Of a stretch of 64,000 nucleotides of DNA, positions 41,145 to 50,896 are shown piece by piece. Where the stretch lies: the NCBI GenBank assembly GCA_017407225.1, contig JAFQWY010000047.1, forward strand, positions 39,522 to 103,521, written 5' to 3'. Positions within the stretch are counted from its first letter, which is position 1; each line of letters opens with the position of its first letter. Both the position numbers and the translations under genes were made by a program. The DNA comes from Clostridia bacterium. GTDB lineage: Bacteria; Bacillota; Clostridia; Oscillospirales; CAG-272. The notes below the pieces were generated by a model. That model was not told the DNA's origin. It searched no databases and saw only the letters and a list, made by a program, of their open reading frames with translations.

Positions 41145-42902
41145 TTATGCTCTCCGGCAGATCAGCACTTTTGCGCTGTGAGGTGCGAATCCGGCAAATA
41201 CGATTTCATTCTCCGCAATGCCCATATCGGTGTCGTCAAAGAGATCGTATACCGTGAATCTTCCGTCAAGGGATACGCGGATCTCCTTCTCTTCATCACT
41301 GAAGTTGAAGAGACAGATCATCGTTTTCCCGTCATCAATGACCGCTCTGCCCACCGTGAAGCTGTCGTCGTCAAACTCCGCCGCTGCCGGTACGGGGGGA
41401 AGCAGTTTTCTGAGAAGTGCAATGTTTTCTTCACGCAGTGCGGAAATATCATCGCTGGACAGCACCATCCCGCCGGACGCCATGGTATATGCCGCATTGA
41501 ACAGAAACTCGTTCCGGGTAACGGGGCCTTCCACCCGGGTTTCCCGTCCGTCCGGATCGGTCACGCGAATCATCTTGTTCTGCAGAAGGACGGTATCCGG
41601 GTCGTTGATCCAGAGATTGCCGTTCTGCCAGTTTCTGGGGAAGCATTCTCTGGCAAGATGGGTGAAGCGATCCCATTTTCTGGTGTTGTCGTTCGTGATC
41701 CGCATTCCGTGAACCGCGCCGATGGAGGGCCACATGGGAGCGTTGCATCCGAGGATGAAGCTGTCGCTGCCCGCCGCTTCCGCGATGGCTTCCATGCCGA
41801 TCCGATAGGCTTCCACACTGGTTTTGGTGTCGTCGTACCGGTGACCGAAGGGCATGGCTCCCCACATATTGGCGTCCAGCTTGTAGTATGTCACCTTCCA
41901 CTCCTCGTGCATGGTTCTGAATACGTTTTTCAGATGTGCCAGTGCTTCGGGATGGGTGGGATCCAGCATGTACCAGGGTCCGCACCGCCAGCCGCCGAAG
42001 GTCACATCCGCCGAGCAGAGGGGACTGCCGTCCTCATCCTTCACGAACCACTCGGGATGTTCCGTGAAAACTCTGGAATTCTTCTCCGCAATGAACGGTG
42101 CCACCCACATGGCAGGCTCGAATCCCTGGGATTTGATGTCAAGGCAGACCTGCTTCACGCCGCCTTCGAATTTGTCCGTGCAGTCCAGCCAGTCGCCCAT
42201 ATGCGCCTGATATCCGTCGTCGATCTGGATGTATTTCAGATCCAGATTGTGCCGCTTCAGTGCCGCCAGATTGTCGTAAATGTTCTGCGCGGTCACATTT
42301 GCGCCGTAGACCAGCCAGGAGCACCATCCTGTGGGAATCTCCGGGAAAGCAAGCCGGGGATGGTTCTGTCCGATGGCGGCGGCAAAATTCTTCAGGACTG
42401 TGTTTTTCTCGTCCTGCTCAATATAGATCTGCTCCAGCCGGATGCTCTCCCCTGCCGCCAATGTGATGTTCTCGCAGTTGACCGCAATCTGAAGCGTCTC
42501 TTCATTGAACCGGATGCAGCCGACAAACCGGAAGCAGGATGCAAATCCGATCAGGACGGAATCCTCTCCGTCCGGTGAGAAGACTGCCATATTGTAAACC
42601 TGATGCATATCATCGGGCTTTTTGAGTCTGTAATGGGTATAGTCGCTGTAGGATGCCGTCATTCTGCAGTCCGCGACGGTTCCGCCGTACTGAGCCAGCT
42701 TGCTGTAGCCCTCGCCGTATACCTTTGTATCGGGTACAAAGGGCATATCTGCGGTGAACAGCGTGAGATCCCCCACCCTGCATGAAGTTCCGGCAGTATT
42801 CGTCAGGGTCAGATCCGCCAGACAACCTTTCATCCGGCAGTCAAGCCGCAGCCCTCCTCCGGGATTTGTATTTAGTTTCAGACGTCCGATCAGTTCGGTC
42901 AT
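41145..42902 (-). CDS. GH36-type alpha-galactosidase
   Basis: TGWCSW, IQIDDGYQ, YYKLD, WINDPD. Confidence 0.85.
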   Translation of the reverse strand: MTELIGRLKLNTNPGGGLRLDCRMKGCLADLTLTNTAGTSCRVGDLTLFTADMPFVPDTKVYGEGYSKLAQYGGTVADCRMTASYSDYTHYRLKKPDDMHQVYNMAVFSPDGEDSVLIGFASCFRFVGCIRFNEETLQIAVNCENITLAAGESIRLEQIYIEQDEKNTVLKNFAAAIGQNHPRLAFPEIPTGWCSWLVYGANVTAQNIYDNLAALKRHNLDLKYIQIDDGYQAHMGDWLDCTDKFEGGVKQVCLDIKSQGFEPAMWVAPFIAEKNSRVFTEHPEWFVKDEDGSPLCSADVTFGGWRCGPWYMLDPTHPEALAHLKNVFRTMHEEWKVTYYKLDANMWGAMPFGHRYDDTKTSVEAYRIGMEAIAEAAGSDSFILGCNAPMWPSIGAVHGMRITNDNTRKWDRFTHLARECFPRNWQNGNLWINDPDTVLLQNKMIRVTDPDGRETRVEGPVTRNEFLFNAAYTMASGGMVLSSDDISALREENIALLRKLLPPVPAAAEFDDDSFTVGRAVIDDGKTMICLFNFSDEEKEIRVSLDGRFTVYDLFDDTDMGIAENEIVFAGFAPHSAKVLICRRA

Positions 42903-43111
42903 AGGCAATTCTCCTTTCGGCTTTCCATTCGATTTAGATTCTATAAGAATTTTATCACAGCCATCCCTCCCGCACAATGCACACAGCCCACAATCCTCTC
43001 GGCCTTATTTTGTGAATCCTGCACAATTCAAAAAATCCGTCCAACCATCCGCGAAATTCTTCCGGAACTCCGCTCTAACCAAAAATTCCCTGCAAATTCG
43101 TGAATTGAGTA

Positions 43112-43140
43112 TTGCAAATCCATGGGAACTGTGATAAAAT
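43112..43140 (+). promoter_or_regulatory. Sigma-A promoter
   Basis: TTGCAA-N17-TAAAAT. Confidence 0.65.
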
Positions 43141-43203
43141 GATAACAGAATACGTATCATGCGGTATTTGTATACCGGTATATTCCGATAAGGAGAATAA
43201 AGA

Positions 43204-43998
43204 ATGAAAATCAAGATTATTGCAGCTGTTCTGACGGTTCTTGCTCTGGCAGCGCTGATTCCCGTTATGGCCGGCGTGGAAGATTCCGATGCTCCCGCCA
43301 TCGTAATCGATTCCAAAGAAGTTTCCGCAGAAGTGGGCGAAACTGTCAGCGTCAATGTGGGTATTGTCAACAACCCCGGTGTTGTTACCCTGACTCTTCC
43401 CGTGATCTGGGATACCGAAGTACTGGAGCTGACCGGCATCACCAACACCTACACCATTCTGGCTGAAACCGAAGAATGCAACGGCTGGCTGGGCACCGAT
43501 GACTATGAATACGCGCAGTCAAACGGCGTGTATTATCTGGCATGGGACAATGACCTGGCAGTGGAAAACTTCAGCGGAGACGGTATCCTCTGCACCATGG
43601 TATTTGAAATCAAAAAGGAATTTACCGAAACCGCGGTCAATGTGGTAATGGAATCGGGCGAAACCATTCTTCCCATCTCTAATATCATGAACTTCGACAT
43701 GGATGATCTCCAGGACGATTTCACCTACGTGGAAGGCGTTCTTACCGCAGGCGGTTCCGAAGCGGATACCGTAACCGTTCAGGGTACCGTAACCAGCTTC
43801 AAGGACAACGATGCCGACATCACCATCGAAATGTTCCGCGAAGGCAACACCACCGGCACTCCCGATTATTCCACTACCGTGAAGGGCAACAGCGCCTCCT
43901 ACTCTATCTCCGGCGTAACCCCCGGCAATTACATCATCCGGATCAGCAAGCCCAATCACGTAACCCGTGAATACAGCGTAACGGTATACGCACAGTAA
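43204..43998 (+). CDS. Secreted cohesin-like domain protein with a C-terminal X-module-like domain
   Basis: Signal peptide; GETVSVNVGIVNNPG...WDTEVLEL...GDGILCTMVFEIK (cohesin pattern); ends PGNYIIRISKPNHVTREYSVTV. Confidence 0.75.
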   Translation: MKIKIIAAVLTVLALAALIPVMAGVEDSDAPAIVIDSKEVSAEVGETVSVNVGIVNNPGVVTLTLPVIWDTEVLELTGITNTYTILAETEECNGWLGTDDYEYAQSNGVYYLAWDNDLAVENFSGDGILCTMVFEIKKEFTETAVNVVMESGETILPISNIMNFDMDDLQDDFTYVEGVLTAGGSEADTVTVQGTVTSFKDNDADITIEMFREGNTTGTPDYSTTVKGNSASYSISGVTPGNYIIRISKPNHVTREYSVTVYAQ

Positions 43999-44023
43999 CC
44001 GGGTTTCCCGCAGAATACAAATC

Positions 44024-44057
44024 AGAAAGGAGCATTTCCTGCGATCTGCTCCTTTTT
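44024..44057 (+). terminator. Rho-independent terminator
   Basis: AAAGGAGCA...TGCTCCTTTTT. Confidence 0.75.
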
Positions 44058-44158
44058 GTTTTCAAGAATATATGGTTATCCCTGCGGAATAAACGATTCC
44101 GGAAATAACAACAGAAATAACAAAAACAAAAATCACCACGGCGAGGAAACAGTAAGTC

Positions 44159-47100
44159 ATGAGAGAAGACAGCAGAAGCGCATGGTATCTGGCCGCCAAC
44201 GATGCCGTACGCTGCAAAGACGGCAGTATCTATACCATCACCGGTCCCCCGGTCGGTATCGGCGGAAGTTCCGTGCTCTATCCGGCCTCCCGGAGCGGAA
44301 GTATGCGTACCTATGTCATCAAGGAATGCTTTCCTTCCACGGACAACGCATACATCCGCAGAAACGGAGTAATCTGTCCGGTATCCGACTCCGATCGGGA
44401 AGCAGCCGGCTATCTGGAGCATATGCGCGGATTCTTTGCCACGGAAAAACATCTGGGTCAGATTCTCGCCAGCAAAAGCAGACGTTCCATCGGCGCATGG
44501 GAACTGCTCGATTGCGAATCCATCACCTGCGGCGGGGAAACCTGGCCGGCATCGGATGCGGTTTTCACGGTATTTGACCGCCTGGACGAACAGGGCTGCT
44601 TCCTGTCGGATATTCTGGCGGAATGCAGACTCGGTGCGGATCCCGCTCACCCGTTCCGTACCGGCGGACTTCCCCATGTTCACACCTCCGCACAGATCAT
44701 GTGTGAACTTCTGAAAGCACTGAATGCCATCCATGAGGCCGGATACATCCACGGAGATATCCAGGACGGAAACCTGTTCTTCAGCGACGCCAGACTGAAC
44801 CGGGGCGATCTGGGATTCGGATGTCTGATCGATTTCGGCTGTGCCCGGGAACTGGAAGCGGACGGATTCACTCCTCCCATCCGCAGCCGTGTCATCTGCA
44901 GCACCCAGGGCTTTGTACCTCCCGAATGCATACTGAAAAATGACGGACATCTCCGGCTGGGAAAAAGCGCGGACATCTATTCCTGCGGCCGTCTTCTGCT
45001 GTTCCTCCTGACCGGCAAAACCTTCTGCAGAAACGGCAGGGACGAAATCCACCGAAATCCCGCACTCAAGCAGCTTCTCCCCTCCGACTGCCGGAAGATT
45101 TCCTGTTCCCGCCGCGCCATGGAGACCGTCAACTCGATTCTCGCCCGCGCTCTCCGCAGCGATCCGGAAGAACGGTACCAGGATGCCGCCGATATGCTGG
45201 CGGATCTGGAATATCTGGAGCAGCTGTCACGGGAGCCGCGGTATCTCCTGCCGGCCAATCTGGCTGCAACGGACTATTTTGTCCCCCACAGCCGCGATGC
45301 CGAGCTTACCTCCCTCAGCCGCATTCTGGCTTACGAATCCCCCGTATGGATCAGGGGGCTGGGCGGCATGGGCAAAACAGAACTGGCAGCGGCATTTGCA
45401 CGGCAGGAACAGCACCGGCGCGGATGTCCGGCCTTCCTGATTCCGTATCACAGATCCCTCAGAGAAACCATCGCCGACCTGAACTTCACAGGTTATGAAT
45501 TCCATCCTGCCAAAAAAAGCATGACGCCTCAGGAGATCACAGAGCAGAAATATACCGAAAAAATCGAAATTCTCCGGGAATACAGCAGCGACACCATTCT
45601 GGTTATCGACAATCTGTACGATCCAAAAAAGGAATTCAGCGAAATCCGTGCCGAACCGGAATACCGGGATCTCATCGGTCTCTCCTGCAGAATCGTGATC
45701 ACCACCCGTTACACTGCCCCCGACACTCCGGGTATTGAAATCCGGCCCCTCACCGAACCGCATCTTCTGGAAATGATGCGGTACATCTGCGGAAATTCGG
45801 TATCCGACTCCGATCTGCTCTCCCTGATCCGCGCAGTCGGTCATCACACGCTGATGGTAGGGCTGGTCGCAAAAACGATCCGGAAAAGAACCGGAATCAC
45901 GCCCGAAAAGCTTCTGAACGCCCTCTCCGGTCAGAACCTCAGCTCGGAGGATTTCCCCGCTCTTGCCTCGGACAAGGACAGGGAGTACCGTGAAGCAAGC
46001 ATTTACGGTCACCTGCGTACCCTTTTCAATATGAATGAACTGACCGATGAAGAATGTATTCTGATGACCCATGCCGCACTTCTCCCGGACTGCGGTCTGG
46101 AATATAGGATCTTTGAAAACTGCGTTGACCCGCAGCTGCGTCCGCTCATTCCGAAAATGATCGACTTCGGCTGGATCATCAGTACCACGGAGGATACGGT
46201 TAAGGTGCATTCTCTGATCCGGGATGTGTGCTGTGAAGAACTGAACCCGAATATGGATTCGTGCGCCGACTTTCTGAACAGAGCCGCACATTCCTACGAT
46301 GCCAACGAAGAGTACGATATACGGAAATTCACGCAGCTTGCAGAACTTTTCCGTACCGCCCACAGCATACTGGAAGATCCCCTCGCAATGTGTCTGTTCC
46401 ACACCAATTATCTTTATTTCGTCATGGGTGACTGGGAGCAGCAGCTTCCTCTGGCCCAGGAGATTCTGGAAATCCGCAAAGAGAATCTTCCCGAAATCAA
46501 TGCCTATGTAGCTGCAGCCTACAACAACCTGTCCGTGGCCTATACGAACATAGGCAAATACGATCAGGCTCTGCCCTGTTCGCTGAAAGCTGTGGAGATC
46601 GGTGAACTGCTCCCTCCGGAAAGTCAGGGAGATCTGACCATCTTCTATGAAATGCTTTCCCTGATCTATGGAAAGATCGGCGAAAGAGATCATGAATTTG
46701 AGTATATGGAGAAATCCGCCGAAATCAAATTGGCCAAGCTGGATCCCGACGATCTTGCACTGGCGGATCTCAACACCAATCTTGCCAGTGCATACCTCAA
46801 CCGCCGAAGCAGACTTGACTACGCTCATGAACTTATGCTGAGAGCTTATCGGATCCGGAGTCAGATCCTGCCCGACAATCATCCCGCTCTGGCCACCTCC
46901 CTCATGAATCTCAGCCTGACCGCAATGGCATTGGAAGAGTACGGCGAAGCACTGGAATACCTGAAGCAGGCCCGTGAAATGTTCATCAGCGGAGGAAACG
47001 AAAACCATCCCAATATGTTTCTGCTCTGCAACAACGAGGGGACGCTGTACATCTGCCTGGATGACTATGAAAAAGCACTTGTCTCACTGCATGCTGCAGA

Positions 47101-47812
47101 AGAAATTGCCTTACGGATTTTCCCGGAAGACAGCGCCGAACTTCCAATGCTCTACAATAATATCGCCGCTTCCTACTGCGGACTGAAGCAGCCCGACCTG
47201 GCTCATCCTTATCTCATGAAAGCACTGGCCATCACCGATACCGTTCTGCCCGACGACCATGTCCAGTGCGGAAGGCTCTATTATGTTCTGGGGCTTTATT
47301 ACGCCATGAAAGAAGAACCTGCCGAAGCTCTGCCATGGCTCTGCAAGGCCGAGGAAATCCTCACAAAACATGGTTTCGATACAAACAGAGAGTTTATCCT
47401 GAAAGCACTGCTCGGGACAACTTACTTCGATCTGAAAGAATACGACAAAGCCTTTCCCTACATCAGAGCCTGTGCGGAAGCCGATCCCCCCGATCTGATG
47501 ACGGAACTGGGATTCTGTTATGAACTGGGACTCGGTGTACGCCGCAATCCTGCCCTGGCCTTCAAATGGTACCGGAAAGCCGTGGAATATCATGAAGACG
47601 AGGACAACACCATGTATCTCGGCTGGGCCTATCTGGACGGAATCGGATGCAGACCCAATTACGGGAAGGCACTGTACTATCTGAACCGCGCGGCAGAACT
47701 CGGCTCGCAGGACGAACATCTCCGGGAACTGATCGAAAAAGCTCAGCATCAACCGGAACAGAGCCGGAACCCGATAAAATCTTTCTTCGGCAGGCTCTTC
47801 GGAAAACAATAA
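44159..47812 (+). CDS. Ser/Thr kinase - STAND (NB-ARC-like) NTPase - TPR - Sel1 fusion protein
   Basis: GIGGSS, VIKE, HGDIQDGN, DFG, DIYSCG, PEERY; Walker A GLGGMGKT, Walker B LVIDN, ITTR; TPRs such as AAAYNNLSVAY; Sel1 ELGFCYELGLGV. Confidence 0.88.
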   Translation: MREDSRSAWYLAANDAVRCKDGSIYTITGPPVGIGGSSVLYPASRSGSMRTYVIKECFPSTDNAYIRRNGVICPVSDSDREAAGYLEHMRGFFATEKHLGQILASKSRRSIGAWELLDCESITCGGETWPASDAVFTVFDRLDEQGCFLSDILAECRLGADPAHPFRTGGLPHVHTSAQIMCELLKALNAIHEAGYIHGDIQDGNLFFSDARLNRGDLGFGCLIDFGCARELEADGFTPPIRSRVICSTQGFVPPECILKNDGHLRLGKSADIYSCGRLLLFLLTGKTFCRNGRDEIHRNPALKQLLPSDCRKISCSRRAMETVNSILARALRSDPEERYQDAADMLADLEYLEQLSREPRYLLPANLAATDYFVPHSRDAELTSLSRILAYESPVWIRGLGGMGKTELAAAFARQEQHRRGCPAFLIPYHRSLRETIADLNFTGYEFHPAKKSMTPQEITEQKYTEKIEILREYSSDTILVIDNLYDPKKEFSEIRAEPEYRDLIGLSCRIVITTRYTAPDTPGIEIRPLTEPHLLEMMRYICGNSVSDSDLLSLIRAVGHHTLMVGLVAKTIRKRTGITPEKLLNALSGQNLSSEDFPALASDKDREYREASIYGHLRTLFNMNELTDEECILMTHAALLPDCGLEYRIFENCVDPQLRPLIPKMIDFGWIISTTEDTVKVHSLIRDVCCEELNPNMDSCADFLNRAAHSYDANEEYDIRKFTQLAELFRTAHSILEDPLAMCLFHTNYLYFVMGDWEQQLPLAQEILEIRKENLPEINAYVAAAYNNLSVAYTNIGKYDQALPCSLKAVEIGELLPPESQGDLTIFYEMLSLIYGKIGERDHEFEYMEKSAEIKLAKLDPDDLALADLNTNLASAYLNRRSRLDYAHELMLRAYRIRSQILPDNHPALATSLMNLSLTAMALEEYGEALEYLKQAREMFISGGNENHPNMFLLCNNEGTLYICLDDYEKALVSLHAAEEIALRIFPEDSAELPMLYNNIAASYCGLKQPDLAHPYLMKALAITDTVLPDDHVQCGRLYYVLGLYYAMKEEPAEALPWLCKAEEILTKHGFDTNREFILKALLGTTYFDLKEYDKAFPYIRACAEADPPDLMTELGFCYELGLGVRRNPALAFKWYRKAVEYHEDEDNTMYLGWAYLDGIGCRPNYGKALYYLNRAAELGSQDEHLRELIEKAQHQPEQSRNPIKSFFGRLFGKQ

Positions 47813-47863
47813 AAAAATCAGGCTGACGCGTACCGGATTGTCCGGTTATGCATCGGCCTGTTT
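47811..47863. terminator. Bidirectional terminator
   Basis: A tract-CAGGCTGA...TCGGCCTG-T tract between convergent genes. Confidence 0.7.
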
Positions 47864-47873
47864 TCTTATTCAT

Positions 47874-48689
47874 TTACAGAAGACTGTTCAGGTAAGCGAT
47901 AATCCGGTTCAGCTGTTCATGACTGACGGAGTTGGCGGTATTGAGGGTAATGAAATCCCTGAGCTGTACTCGGGTTCCGTATGTATATACATGGGGCTGT
48001 CTGCCGGCTTTGTCCGTCACGTTCAGACAGGCTTCATCATCCGCAAACAGAACGCAGCCCTCGATCCATCCGCAGGAGATCTTCTGCTGACGGAACGCAT
48101 TGGAAAGACGGTACACATGGGTTCCCACCTGTTTCAGCGGATTATAGAAAGTCTTTACGGTTCTGCTGCGGTCATCCTTCTCCTGTCTGAGATTTTCGTC
48201 GCTCCAGTCACCGGTAATCGTACCCTTGTGGCCTTTCACCTCCACGATGTAAACACCGGTGGGGCCTGCCACGATCATATCCGTTTCGCTTTCCTTACCG
48301 TTGTACGGAACAATCAGATTGGTGTATACATGATAACTGCCGGGAAGATGTTCCATGATGCGGAGCGCTTTCTCCTCACCTTCGATCCCGGCCTTCAGAA
48401 TGCCCCGTTCCCGATCCTCCGCTTCTCTTCTGCCGAAAGATCCGATGATGCACAGAACGGAAAGCACCAGACCGCCGATGCAGATGTAATGAACGGTCTG
48501 CAGTACCTTGAAAAGCACGGTTCCCGCTGCAGCTGACAGCAGATCTTTCAGCCACGGTATCGCATATACAATCAACAGCGCACACACTGCCGCCGCAGCC
48601 AGTGCACCCAGAAGCACCATCACCCTCACTCTGCCGAGCTGCTTCAGATCCTCTTTGAGTTTTTCGTTTCCGCGATGGATTACAGCCAT
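47874..48689 (-). CDS. Membrane-anchored NERD nuclease-domain protein
   Basis: Two N-terminal TMs; GIEGE, ETDMIVAGPTGVYIVEVK, NPLKQ (NERD PD-(D/E)xK motifs). Confidence 0.85.
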   Translation of the reverse strand: MAVIHRGNEKLKEDLKQLGRVRVMVLLGALAAAAVCALLIVYAIPWLKDLLSAAAGTVLFKVLQTVHYICIGGLVLSVLCIIGSFGRREAEDRERGILKAGIEGEEKALRIMEHLPGSYHVYTNLIVPYNGKESETDMIVAGPTGVYIVEVKGHKGTITGDWSDENLRQEKDDRSRTVKTFYNPLKQVGTHVYRLSNAFRQQKISCGWIEGCVLFADDEACLNVTDKAGRQPHVYTYGTRVQLRDFITLNTANSVSHEQLNRIIAYLNSLL

Positions 48690-48738
48690 ATATCTTACTC
48701 CTTGTTATTCAATTCCCCGTACCGTCCGTTCTGTGCTG

Positions 48739-50214
48739 TTACTCCTCCTCCAGATCTTCGCAGATCATCTGACGGTTTTCACACATAATGAAGGGAACCA
48801 GTTCCGCCGGATCGTTTGTCAGCAGGGAGAGCAGGATGAACCGGTCAAAGGAAAACGGCACATACAGCGGCATGAAATCAAACACCGCCAGAAGGGTGTT
48901 CAGGCATCTTCGGTAATACATGATTCCGCCGTCATTGTCCGCATCCGATGCATCCGTCAGCCAGTCCATGATGTCCGCCATGGCACCGTCCAGTTCATCT
49001 CCTCCGCGTGCCAGTTTCCGCAGTTCCGCCATTTTTCCGGAAGACGGCGACAATTCCAGAAACTTCACCAGGAAGAAATATCCCATCAGCAAGATATCCC
49101 GCCGTTCAACGGGCTGCATATTGTCTCCGCGGCGGATCATACGGTCAACCGCGTTCACGTGTTCGTAATAGTTCTTGCAGAAGATATAGATTTCCTTCCG
49201 GAACAGCTCGTTCTGATCCGCACCGGAGTCCTCGGACTGCCACGCTTCGAATTCCCATCCGTTTTCCTGCAGCATTGCCCTGACCAGACATTTCAGATTG
49301 GGGTATCCGTCCTCATCCGTCGGCAGCTTTTCAAAAGAGATCAGCTCGTGCTCCCAGGATGCATATTCCGGATACAGCACCGCCAGATAACGGGTCAGAT
49401 TCATGAACCGGGAACGGCGCGTCAGTGAAAATCCGGCCGCATATTTTCCTCCGCGCAGAGCCGTGAATTCGTCCCGGATGCCGGTCATGAACGCAACCAG
49501 CTGCCCGTCCGCATCATGGGAAGGAAGTTCGGAAAACAGAATCTCTTCCAGACCGGTTCCCAGCATCTCCGTCATGCCTTCATGTGCGGAAAACGCGGCT
49601 TTTGTCTGTTTCCGAAGATCCCCCGAACTTTCGGCAAAACGGCTCAGCAGGTTTTCCGCATAGCTCCATATCCGTCTGTCCGGACTTTCAAGGCAGTACA
49701 GGCAGATGAAATCCTGAGGATTCCGAACACTGTAGAGATCGTGTCCGCAGGACAGAAGGAGCATTCCCGATGCCTCCCTGTCCATGTTCAGCACAAACGA
49801 CAGCTTGACTGCCAGAAGCCGCTGGATCCCCTGTTCGTCATTGAGATACTTTTTCCAGTTGGCTGTGGATATGGTCAGACCGTGCACACTCCTGGATATG
49901 CTGCTGAGTTTTTTCGCAATCCGATCCGTCACGCATCCGGGCCACGGCACATTCTGCTCGGCCGTCAGATCCGGATAATCCCTGCCGCATGTATAATCTC
50001 CGAACAGCTCCGGCGAATGAACCTGAAGATACCGGCGCATCAGAAATCCCGGCGTGCTGATATTCTTTCTGTCCGAAAGAAATTCTCTGATTTCCACGGC
50101 AGTCTCGTACATTTCCAGAACCGAATCGGCTTCTTCAATTTTCTCCGCAAATATCATATCGATCTGCTGCTGTACCCGGGTAGTGATGCTGTTTGCGTAA
50201 TCCATCTGATTCAA
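48739..50214 (-). CDS. Hypothetical protein with two degenerate XRE-like HTH-associated modules
   Basis: NWKKYLN...RLLAVKLSFVLNM...LLL..GH..YSVRNPQDFICLYCL, and a C-terminal echo RRDILL...LNTLLA...LY...FDRFILLSL. Confidence 0.55.
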   Translation of the reverse strand: MNQMDYANSITTRVQQQIDMIFAEKIEEADSVLEMYETAVEIREFLSDRKNISTPGFLMRRYLQVHSPELFGDYTCGRDYPDLTAEQNVPWPGCVTDRIAKKLSSISRSVHGLTISTANWKKYLNDEQGIQRLLAVKLSFVLNMDREASGMLLLSCGHDLYSVRNPQDFICLYCLESPDRRIWSYAENLLSRFAESSGDLRKQTKAAFSAHEGMTEMLGTGLEEILFSELPSHDADGQLVAFMTGIRDEFTALRGGKYAAGFSLTRRSRFMNLTRYLAVLYPEYASWEHELISFEKLPTDEDGYPNLKCLVRAMLQENGWEFEAWQSEDSGADQNELFRKEIYIFCKNYYEHVNAVDRMIRRGDNMQPVERRDILLMGYFFLVKFLELSPSSGKMAELRKLARGGDELDGAMADIMDWLTDASDADNDGGIMYYRRCLNTLLAVFDFMPLYVPFSFDRFILLSLLTNDPAELVPFIMCENRQMICEDLEEE

Positions 50215-50230
50215 TCCGTTCCTTCCGCAT

Positions 50231-50896
50231 TTATGATTCCTGTTCCGCTCTCTGCGGAATCAGAACAATTCTGCTGCTTCGAATGAGGGAGACACAGGTA
50301 CAGTCGTCTGCCGGTCTTTCCGTCATCTCCGGAGTGTCGGATCCGTCCGTCAGCAGGAAAATACCTTCAATATCCTCCTGTTTCCACCGAAAAAGCCGCA
50401 GATGCTCGAACAGACTGCAGTTCATGGTCAGATATGTGCTGGAAGAATCGATCCCGTTGGCAGGTCTGGAGACAAGTTCAAGACCGTTTCCGTGCTGCCG
50501 ACGCCGCAGAATCATGCCGTCGCCCAGATGGAGGCACAGGCATCTGCCGTCCTCATGCATGACTGCTGCCAGAATCGTGCAGGCCATCTCGCCGGGATCA
50601 AGGCCTTTTTCCCGTGCGCAGACGTTCAGGGTATCTTCCACAATCATCACCAGCCTGCGGAGCAGCACATCCTGTTTTTCCGCAAAACATTCCTCAAACG
50701 ATCTGCACAGGAATTCGGCCAGTGTTCCGGAAACAAGCTCCGCAGCAAGCTCTCCGGCCGCAAAACTTCCGGCTCCGTCGCAGAGAACCGCAGCACTGCA
50801 GTCATTTCCCGAGACAGCCGAATACCGGTCCTGTGAATTCATTCCCCGTTCCGCATGGTATCTTCCGGCAAGAGATACGGCACTTGTGTAAATCAT
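50231..50896 (-). CDS. PP2C-type protein phosphatase (YegK-like)
   Basis: GRYH...NSQD, LCDGAGS, ACT, HLGDG, LTDG, DDCT. Confidence 0.85.
   Translation of the reverse strand: MIYTSAVSLAGRYHAERGMNSQDRYSAVSGNDCSAAVLCDGAGSFAAGELAAELVSGTLAEFLCRSFEECFAEKQDVLLRRLVMIVEDTLNVCAREKGLDPGEMACTILAAVMHEDGRCLCLHLGDGMILRRRQHGNGLELVSRPANGIDSSSTYLTMNCSLFEHLRLFRWKQEDIEGIFLLTDGSDTPEMTERPADDCTCVSLIRSSRIVLIPQRAEQES

Noticed and set aside
44100-44135. A/C-rich low-complexity tract upstream of the kinase gene
   Set aside because: Imperfect and short; not a convincing phase-variable simple repeat.
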